Origin: Nymphaea colorata
Taxonomy: Eukaryota
Assembly: GCF_008831285.2 (NCBI RefSeq)
Contig: NC_045138.2
Coordinates: 16,740,001-16,804,000 of the forward strand
Reading direction: 5' to 3'
Length of the DNA: 64,000 bases
The translations under genes were made by a program, and so were the position numbers. Positions within the stretch are counted from its first letter, which is position 1; every line of letters starts with the position of its first letter. The notes below the pieces were generated by a model. That model was not told the DNA's origin. It made no database searches and worked only from the letters and a program-made list of their open reading frames with translations. Below are positions 13,464 to 24,300 of the stretch, piece after piece.

Positions 13464-13880
13464 TTAGTTAACTGTGAACATATTATTTACTTGTTTCTCA
13501 GAAGTCACATGTGTGGAAAAAATGATCACAGATTGTACCATCTCCCTAATATAGTGGCAATCTACCTCTATATGCTTTGTCCTCTCGTGAAACACCAGAT
13601 TATTGGCTATGTGAGTGATTGCTTTGTTGTCATAATACATCTTTATAAGCAAAGGGACAATCACTCTTAGGCTAATAAGTATGAATTTGATCCAAGTCAT
13701 TTTTGCTGTAGTCTGAGCCATGAGCCATAATCCTGTACTTAGATTCAGCACTAGATCTGCCAACAACAGTTCGCTTCTTGTTTCTCCATGGTACTAAGTT
13801 CTCCAACAAAAACACATAAACCAAAGGTAGACTTTTTGTCTTCAACAAAATCTGCATCTATGAATGCCTCAACCTCGACG
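13464..13880 (-). pseudogene. Degenerate Ty1/copia RNase H remnant
   Basis: Broken frames give W-RNKKRTVVGRSSAESKYRIMA and DNKAITHIANNLVFHERTKHIEVDCHYIRE, the canonical copia RNase H motifs. Confidence 0.85.
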
Positions 13881-13916
13881 GAAGTTCTCCTCTTAAAAGT
13901 TAAGCCTTTCCCAGGT

Positions 13917-14185
13917 GAGAACAACTATAAAAGGTAAGATAATGTGTACTTTGAGACCTACAGGTAATTGGGGTAGGTTCCCCATTATGTTAGAACATAG
14001 AACTTATAATCTCAAAAGTCCTCCAAACCCTTTGATTAATAGAATTGGATTAAATCTAGGTTTAATGAGAATAACTATAAAAAATAGAATAATATATGCT
14101 TTGAGAAGAGGTAATTGGGGTAGGTGCCGTGTTAGAATTGGTAATATCAAAAGGCCTCCCGACTCTTTGATTAATAGACTTGATT
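13917..14185. repeat. Diverged ~150-bp tandem duplication
   Basis: GAGAA(C/T)AACTATAAAA...CTTTGAGA...AGGTAATTGGGGTAGGT...TGTTAGAA...CTTTGATTAATAGA occurs at ~13917 and ~14067. Confidence 0.75.
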
Positions 14186-15339
14186 TATACAACATGACTT
14201 TTACATAATTGATGGCTGAAACATTTTTGACAGTCCACAATCAAGCAAGTTATTCTTAGGGATGAGATAATTGGAACCAAGCTTTTCAATGAAATGGCTA
14301 CTGCAATGTCTTAACCAACTATGCCAAAGATTTGACTTATCACATTTAAAGTCCCTAAGAGGACATTCAAAGAATGTTGGAGATTGGAGATTACTTTGAC
14401 AAACTGGTAAAAGGTTTTGATTGATCAATCGACTGAAGCATTGTAGAAGCACTTGACGGAAGTATGTCACTAGACAAACCAAGCACTGCTGCAGCAGTGT
14501 CAATGACCATAGAAGAAATACCCTTCTTGTTTACGGCTCTTTACTGCACTGCTCATTCACACCACTTGTAGTGTCCAACTAGTATCAAACTCTACTTTGG
14601 CATTATGGAACGAAAGAGATGCTGGGTTGGTAAAGGCTTTGCAGTGAGACAAATATAATGAGGGCTTTAAATCTTTTTGAAACACATATATGTTTCTCTC
14701 ATCTGAAGATCCTTGACATAAGATACAGGAGGTGTAAATTCGATTGAAACATCATTATCATCAATAAACTTGAAATAGAAACAATGTTTTCCTTAATATT
14801 AGGAAGGTGAACATTGGAGAGTTTGAAAGTGGAATTTTGCATAGGAACAAGGAAATTTTCCATATGAGCAACAAGATGTCTCTAGTGGCTATACTATTTC
14901 TGCCATAATAAGTATTAGGATTTAGCAGCTTGCTAACATCACCTGCAACATGGGATATATAGCTGTATGAGCTGCACATTTCAATTGCAACAGTTAATTT
15001 CCTTCTATTTTGTGAATGAAATAGTTTGATTGAAATCTGCATGGTTTGTTCCTGTTTCTCTTTCACATGCATCATATTCGGGGAGGAGCTCTTTCTCTCT
15101 CTCTTTAGTAAGTGGCATGTATTACTTGCATGGGTATTTGACATCATTTTAAAATATTTATATGTTCCAAATCAAGGAAGTTTCTCTTTTTTTGGTTTTT
15201 CTTTATTATTGTGATTGAATGTCTCTGTGTTCTTGCAGATATTTTCTTTTGATTTTGTAGTACTATTATAATCGATATTTCTGAAAGTCCTATTCATGTA
15301 TTGACAGGACCGTTATCTCGCTCCATCAATTTTGGCTTT

Positions 15340-18300
15340 ATGGGCTCATATCATGATCTTCCATTTGAAATTGGGCAGCTAGCAGAATCAAAGTCTTTCA
15401 TGAAAGGATATCGTGGTGCATGGTTTCGTTGTCAGGTTGTTTTCATTTTAGGTCTTGCAAATTTTTATAATTGATCATTATATTGATGCCATATTGGCAT
15501 GCATTAGTTGTAGTATCATGTCTCTGTGTTTCTTTGATACTAATAAAAAAATTGGTCTCTGAAAGCTGTATGTTTAGATTGGCATTAACTTTTTCTACTA
15601 TTTATTTTTCCTTTTAACTTTCTTGTTCTTCAGATCAAAGAGAGTGCTGAAAGACAAGGACATGCATCATATGCTATGGAGTATTTTGATTTCCCTGATG
15701 AGAGTATGTCTGGTTCCAACTTTTGGATTTTGTAGTTTTGGGTTCATCTATATTGACTTCAGTATCAACTTGGGTCTGGTAGTGAAAATAGTTTTTGGGC
15801 TATGTAATTTATCTTCTGCAATTCCAATGGGCATAATGATTCTGTGATTATCTTTGATTGCCTTTTTCAAGTTTATGTTTGAAGTTATAATGTTATATAT
15901 CTAATTGGTCTAATGTCTAGAGTGATTATGTGTGTTGGTGTTGCAGAGGTTGGTTGGATGAGACTATATCAAAAGCCTCACAAATCTAAGGGTGGTCTCC
16001 AACAAAACAAATTACAATTGATGATTCGACCATGCTTCCCTAAATCTTATCTTGAAAGCGAAGCACCAAATCTGGATAATATTTCAGAAGTGGTGGTCGT
16101 TTATAGAGACACATGGAAAGTGGGAGATCATGTTGATTGGTGGTATGAAGGTTGTTATTGGACTGCTCGAATTACTGACTTGCTTGGGAGTGACAAAGTT
16201 AAGGTGCATGTCTAGTCATAATAACTTTGTGCACGTTATTTATGGTGATCAAGCTGATTACAAGTGATTGAAGCACTTGCATGATTAAATGATCTTTTGG
16301 ATTTGCCTGGCGAACCTTTTATTTGAGAATTTTACCTCGCAAGACCAAAGGTTCAGTTGCTGAACATTTATGTCCACTTTAGAATTATGCTTTCCGTACA
16401 TTAATGATCTGCCTATTTCAGTCAATGTTTAATTAGACCATTTGAAAAACCTGTCATATGAATACCACAGCCTTTTTCTGCTTCAATCAAATTGAGTAAC
16501 TCTTATTTCTAGGGTTGTGCACTCATGACAAGATAAAAGGGGATTCAATCCAATAGATTAAGCAAGCAGATCTGCACTGAGTAATGTTTTATTGCCGAAC
16601 AGATATTTTTTTTTATGACAACCAAAGGAGAGACTGGGGCAGGAGCCAGGATGGCATCCGAGGGATGAAAATAAAGGTAAATCAACAGGATGAAACCAGA
16701 AGTAGGTGATGACCGTCATGTGAGCAGACAATAAATTAGGGCAAATGTGATGAATAGAAGAGACAACAACCAGATTGAGATTAAAGAACAAAAGTCAAGG
16801 GAGAAAGAAGATCAGAAAGAGTTACTGGAACTCCAAGGACACGCCTTTTAGATTCCAATTCAGTCCAAGGCCCATATGTGCTCTGAACAAATGTGAGAAT
16901 CTCCAGAAATAATCACTGCAGAAAGACAGGGAGTAGGAACAGGATAAAGTTGACGAGCTGCATGTCACAGGCTTTCTTGGTGTGGGTAGGATGAATTATT
17001 TATATTCAAGGGAGACACACTTATGGACATCTTTACTAAATAGTAAATACCCATAAATATAGTGGGTATTTACAACCACGTATATACAATAAGAAAAACA
17101 GATTACGTCCAAATAAAGGATCCAGACCCAAATTATAAGCTGATTCTAAGTGGCTTAGCTGTATTTTTCTTTTTCTCTTGTCCATTTAACATGGTCAAGT
17201 GTGATTTTTGTTGTTGTTTTCATTTTACATGGTAGGACTCTTGGATAGCGAATTATGGTCCCTCTAAGATGGACCGTTCATAAATTGTAGCTTTCCCTCC
17301 CTCTAAGATGGACCGTTCATAAATTGTAGCTTTCCCAGATGATTGATGTTAGGTACTTGCTTGTGCAGGATTGATGTTATGGTCCATGAAAGTGTAAAGT
17401 CTTCATGAGACCATGTTCCTATTTAGTAGGCACTTGCGGTGCTTCACTTGTTTGTGTGAGTGTGGTGAGGCATGTGGTTGACGTGGTCAAGGGGGTTATT
17501 AGTGTGATATCTTTTATGATACCTGTTAATTTGCAAGCAACATTGAACATACAATCTGCAACTTCTTTGGTAAATAAAAGTGGGCTATAGATGAATTTAA
17601 TAGTAGATCCTGCCTTTTTTCTCCCTTTACCTGAGGAAATTAAATTTTGCTGTTATATCGTAGTTTTTTTTACATTTATTTAATGCTATTTCATCTCTTA
17701 AGAATAAGAACAAGCTTTGACTGACATGCACAAATTGAATTTTGTCCTTGGTTGCATTTGATTTTTTTAAATAGAAGGAATCACCATTTGGTTGCAAGTT
17801 ACAATTATTCTGCAGTCACTACAATTGATTAGGTCATGTATATTTTGTCCCTTCGGCAGGTTGCTTTACTTGAATCTCCACTTGGAGAAGGCGGCTCATA
17901 TGAAGCACTGTGCAAGGACTTGAGGCCTTCGTTAGATTGGTCTCCTGATGATGGCTGGACAGTGCCCAAAGCCAAAGTAAGCACGATATTTGGTTGAAGC
18001 ATTAAATCAATATGTTTTCCCAATATTCTTTGCATTTATTTTATTATTTTGAACATGCTTTCTAATCCTCTTTGTCTTTAGTCTGTTTTCAGTCACTCAT
18101 CTTTGATTCCATTAGTTCTCTTAAATAATTATTTTTTGTGGATTCAAGATTCTTTTCACACACATGAGATCTATCTTTCACATTGTGATGCTTCTTGAAG
18201 CTAAAAAATCTAGAAGATTAGATTTTTCATTGTCCAACCATGAAAAACATTAGGAATTCCTTATATGACTTAAGAGTTTGGAGGTGATCTTGTAATGACT

Positions 18301-21300
18301 AAATCCGAAGCTAGCTCAAATTTGTGGTTTGGTAGATCTCAACCTTACCACAAGGACTTGCTTCATTCATGCTTCAAAGGCGATAAACTGAAATACCAGG
18401 CTTAAGTGCGCATAATGTCAGTCTTTCTCAAAATGTATGTCGCACAGATACCTGTGATCTGCCAATTACACCTGTCGGTATGTGGGTACGACTGTATTTT
18501 AAAACTTAATTTTATATTTTTCAAGTTTATATTTTTTTTATTTAAGTTTGATTTTTCCTTTATTTTTTATTTCCCTTCTACCTAGATTCTATGTTTTCTT
18601 CTCATTTTTCTTTAATTTTGAGAATTTTTGGATATATTTGCATATTCTGTCGTACCCCGTAACTAGATTTTCTAAAAGCGCCAGACCTGGACCTGCTTTG
18701 CCGTACCTATACCCATACCCATGTGTCTTAGCTCAAAATCTTCAAGATGTGGCTTTTTTCAAATTTTCCTTTCTTTTTTATTTCCCTTCTACCTAGATTC
18801 TATGTTTTCTTCTCATTTTTCTTTCATTTTGAGAATTTTTGGATATATTTGCATACTCTGTCATACCCCGTAACTAGATTTTCTAAAATCGCCAGACCTG
18901 GACCTGCTTTGCCGTACCTGTACCCATACCCATGTGTCTTAGCTCAAAATCTTCAAGATGTGGCTTTTTTCAAATTTTCCTTTCTTTTTTATTTCCCTTC
19001 TACCTAGATTCTATGTTTTCTTCTCATTTTTCTTTCATTTTGAGAATTTTTGGATATATTTGCATACTTTGTCGTACCCCGTAACTAGATTTTCTAAAAT
19101 CGCCAGACCTGGACCTGCTTTGCCGTACCTGTACCCATACCCATGTGTCTTAGCTCAAAATCTTCAAGATGTGGCTTTTCTCAAGTCATTTCCAAGTAAT
19201 TCTAGATTCAATAGTTGAATGCTAAAAATGCTGTATCTGAGTCTTCCTGCTTGAGATGTGACATTTAAACATTAAATCTGGAAAAATCACCTGCCTTTTA
19301 AGCTTTTTTTCTTTTTGACTCTTAAGAGTGTTATATACCGTGATGTAAATAGTGGTTTGGGTCAGACATTATATTAATTCATTATGGATGAGGTAGGTAC
19401 AAGCGGATTCCCAGTCTGTGGATATATGTAATAAACCATTTAGAAACAAGTGTCTGTGCATTAAACATCAAATTTAAGAGTTGAATAGGGCTTGGCACCA
19501 TTTGCAATAACACCTCTATTTAAATTTTAAACCAAATGACAGCATTGATTTGATAGATTGAAGTTTGCCCCATAAGCTGCTTTCGTTCAAAACCTGAAAA
19601 GATCCAGAACAAGGTAGTGGCATAGGTATTTTTGCAATCTATTTCCTACAAGTATAGTAGAGATAAGAATACTCTAATCTTGCATATAAATGATCAACTA
19701 CGTTCTTTTCCTCTTAAAGAAAACACACATGTTGGACCTTAGGTAGGAACCTTCACAGGTTGCATGTTTGGTTGGACTTCAACTTCCTTGTGTTTGATCC
19801 AATTGTATTTGTTGTAGTCATGTTCTGACTCAAGATCAGGCTTGGAATGAAATTTTGAAAACCAATTCCAGGTCTAAGTACCTTAAGGTTCAAGTTTCTA
19901 CATGTAGAATAGAGTAATCAGGTTGACTTTCTATCAGTCTTTGTAGTTGGATTCAAAACTAATATGGATGCAATTAGTAGTTGATCTTATTTGTTTACTA
20001 TAGCCCCCTAATTAATAATGAGTCAGTCGGATATTGGATGAACCTGATCCAGTTGGCAGCCCCAACCCTAAGCATGCTTTGATACCATTTGTAACACCCA
20101 TTCCAATACCATCTTTTGTACCTGGTTTGGTGAACTCAAACCTATGTCTGCAGCTTCTTTTGATTGAGCATCAAAGGTTAACCTACATGTAAGACAGCAG
20201 TTAGATTCATATATGTATGCCTATGGATATCATTCAGTACAGGGTATTTTCAAGTCATTGTCACATATATGTTATGAACAAATCCCTGTTAAGAATGCGC
20301 TCCTTTGCCTGTTGGGATCTAAATTCAAAACTGAAGATTGTTTCTTATCATATATGAACACTTGTCTTCAAGAGACGCGAGCATCCAGTCTGGCAGATCC
20401 CAACATTTGTAGCTTGCTTAAGTTTGGCTCCCAAAAGGAGTACAAACCAGAACCTAAGGCAGTTTATGTGTGGAAATTCATGGAGACCACTAGATCTTGC
20501 AGATGTGGAATTATTTCTGTTGTTCTCATGCACAAGTTATTACTGATTAACTCTTCTTGAGACTTCATGCTCTTGCAGACCTTAAGTCTAGGAATTGGAT
20601 ATGCCTCTGTCTTGGATTTGAGGAGAACCATCCTAAAATGTTTTGGTGGGTCTGACCAGTGATATGGCTTGCTTTCATTTAACACCCAGAAGGACTTGAA
20701 ATTAGAATGGAAGATAACTGTTAGGTTTTAAGTACATGAGGATATCATCTATTGGGAATTTGCTAGATATGTGAAATTACTGCTAAGTCGTCTTCATATA
20801 CAAAATGTTACACTTACATCCTCGGTCCTTTTTGAATATGCTTTCAATTACATATAGTGGCAGTAACTTTTACATATTTGATGTATCGTTTGAACTTTGA
20901 ATTATTGACATAGTAATGATCTTTCGAATTTTGTATGTGGAACAAGTAAACTATTATCTCTGAAACTCGTCTATGAGACTAGGCAAGTTAGATGTCTTAG
21001 GAAATACTTGCACAATCTGCTCCATTCATTCATTATCCATGGAGCAACTTCTCTGGAAAGTTGTCTCTAAAAACTAAAAAGCATATATAGCCCATTTTCA
21101 ATAAAATGCTTCTCGGTTGTAATAATAACAAGAATGGTAAATACTAATATTAGCCTGAAATTTTTTTTTTATTTGTGTTCTCTTCATTCGATGCTTTCAG
21201 CTTGGTTAATTTCTTTCTGAACTCATTTGTTGCCATTGTTGACTTTGGCCATCGTTTACTCTTGAATAGAACATCTCCACTTGCTTCCCATGATCATGCG

Positions 21301-24300
21301 AAAACCTTCCTTTCTCTTTTGTGTAAGAATCTTCACAAAGTACTCGTCTCTCCGTATGCAAAACAGATATGTTGAGAAGAGAGGATGAAAGAAGACGATG
21401 GAGGAAAGGGAGCAGCCGGCTTAACACAGCCCTGCGTTCCTTAATCTTTAATAAAAGAATAACCCTAATAGGTTACAACAGATTTGTACATAAAAGGATA
21501 AAAAATTACAAGAGAGCCACCGCCTAGTAACTTTAGGCGTGTGGATATAAGGAGAATGGATCGGGTCTGAACAGACCCGATCCCCATACGCTAACAGCTC
21601 CCCTCAAGTTGTGCATGAGATTTGATCATGCACAACTTGTTCTTCAAATCCCAAAAATGCTGCCCTGTGAGACCTTTGGTAAAAAGATCAGCTATCTGTT
21701 CATTGGTAGATATATAAGTAGGCAAGATCTCGGCTTCTTCAACCTTCTGTCGAATGAAATGTTGATCAATCTCTATATGTTTGGTGCGATTATGCAAAAT
21801 GGGATTGAAAGCAATTTTTATCGCACTTTGATTGTCACATAGTAATGATGACCGAACAATAGGAAGACTGAGCTCCCCAAGTAAATGACGTAACCATGAC
21901 GCTTCAGCCGTCCCTGCAGCCATTGCTCTATATTCTGCCTCAGTGCTAGATCGTGCAACAGCACGCTGCTTCTTACTGCTCCAACAAATGAGATTAGAAT
22001 CAAGAAAGAGACAGAAACCTGAAACTGATCGTCGGTCATCGGGATCGCCTGCCCAGTCGGCATCAGTATATGTATATATGCTATGTCCAAGAGAAACATT
22101 GGAACATTTGGTGTAGACTAGTCCATCTCCAAGAGTAGCTTTGAGATACCGTAGGATCCGCTTAGCAGCATCCATATGTCCTTCAGTGGGTGCATGCATG
22201 AACTGAGAAATCTGATTTACAGCATATACTATGTCTGGGCGAGTAAAGGTAAGGTATTGTAACATACCAACAATGCTGCGATAGAATGTGGGATTGAAAT
22301 ATGCAGCAGTTCCATCAGATGCAGTCAATTTAGTATTCAGAACACTGGGGGTAGTGATGGGTTTGCAATTAGTCATACCTGCCCTATCCAAAACATCAAG
22401 GGTATACTTGTGCTGTGTAAGAGTCAAACTATCATTTGTCCTGTCAAGTTCAACACCCAAAAAATATCGTAATTCTCCTAGATCCTTCATCTTGAACTCT
22501 TGCTTCAACATACCTTTAACATAAGATATATGTGAAGAAGAATTCCCAGTTATAACAATATCATCAACATAGATAAGTAACCAGGTGGTAGCTTCTCCAG
22601 TGCGATAGATAAACAAAGAGTGATCGAGAGAGCTTCGGAGAAAACCAATTTGTTGTATGTGATGAGAAAAACGATCAAACCATGACCTAGAAGCTTGCTT
22701 CAACCCATATAGAGACTTGTGTAATTTGCAAACCCATTTTTGAGAATCATGAGTAGTGTAGCCAGGAGGTTGCTCCATGTATACCTCTTCCTTAAGAATT
22801 CCATGAAGAAAAGCATTTTTGACATCTAACTGATAGAGAGGCCATCCATACGAGACTGCAAGAGAAATAATGACACGGATTGTTCCCATCTTGATGACTG
22901 GACTGAATGTTTCATCATAATCTTCCCCATATTGCTGAGTGAAACCGCGCGCCACAAGTCGTGCTTTATACCGATCAATGCTACCATCTGGTTTATATTT
23001 CAGTTTATAAACCCATTTGGATCCCACAACATTCTTATCAACTGGACGAGGGACAATCTGCCAAGTCTGACATTCATGCAAGGCTGCCATTTCCTCATTC
23101 ATTGCTTCAACCCAACATTTTTCCTTACTCGCATTGTGATAAGATGTTGGTTCCACCCTTTTGCTGACTTCTGTCATAAACAGCTGAAAATCCAAAGAAA
23201 AACTGTTATAGCTCACCCATCTATCAATAGGATGTCGCACGCGTTGTGATTGGCGTGGAACTGCAGTAGGAACTGATCGCCTAGAATACACCAGGCCTGA
23301 GAACCGATTAAGCATAGGTGGCTCACTGGGCTGAGAAGATGAAGGCACGCTGTCCAAGGAAGTAGTGCTGCTCAAGGAACTACTTACAGATGTCTCGGGC
23401 TCATTAACAACTTTCTCATTGTGCTCAGTCAACATTGCTGCCCCTTGTCTTAAGATTTCAGCATGAAGCCAAGTATCATAAACTTCATTTTTGTCCTTGA
23501 GTGTCACAAAAGTAGCCTTGGGATCCTGTAACCTGTTCTCATCAAATACAACATGCCGTGAAATATGTACACGCCCAGTTTTAGGATTGTAACACCTATA
23601 ACCCTTGTAATTTTCTGCATACCCTATAAATCTACATAAAACAGCACGATCTTGAAATTTGTTTCGCAAGGAAACATCAACATGCACATAGCACACACAT
23701 CCAAAAACACGCAACTCCTCATAACGTGGCTGCTCTTGGTGTAAAAGAAAAAATGGTGATTTTCCATCAAGCAAAGCCAATGGCAATCGATTTATAACAT
23801 GTACAGCCGTATGGAAAGCCTCGGTCCACAATGTCATAGGTAAGTCTGTTTCATGCATCATGCTAAGTGCACTTTCAACAATATGCCTATGTTTCCTTTC
23901 AGCAATTCCGTTTTGCTGAGGTGTATGCGGACATGAAATTTGTCTAGTGATCCCATTATCTAGTAAGTACTCAGTAAATTCATTAGAAATAAATTCACCA
24001 CCACCATCACATTGAAAATGCACAATATTACTGGAATATTTATTTTGAACTAAGGCATGAAATTGAGTGAATAGGCGAAAAACTTCTGATTTGTGTTTCA
24101 TGAAATGGATCCAAGTATATCGGGAATATGAGTCAACAAAAATGACATAGTATCTACTCCCAGAAGAAGAAGGAACTGGAGCAGGCCCCCAAACATCAGA
24201 ATATATGGTGTCAAAAACCTTTGGAGCTCTTTTATTTATTAATTGAAAAGGAAGGGCATGGCTCTTACAGATATGACAACTCGAGCACATGCTGGACTCA

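Noticed and set aside
16616..17135. Purine-rich block resembling a solo LTR
   Set aside because: No clear TG...CA ends with a TSD.
18548..19218. Three near-identical 82-86 aa ORFs
   Set aside because: Translations of the 211-bp MITE-derived tandem unit; intronic and low complexity.
20213..20560. 115-aa ORF in Agenet intron 4 as a possible extra exon
   Set aside because: No family similarity, and exon 17860-17976 already joins 26629 in frame with the expected CARL motif.
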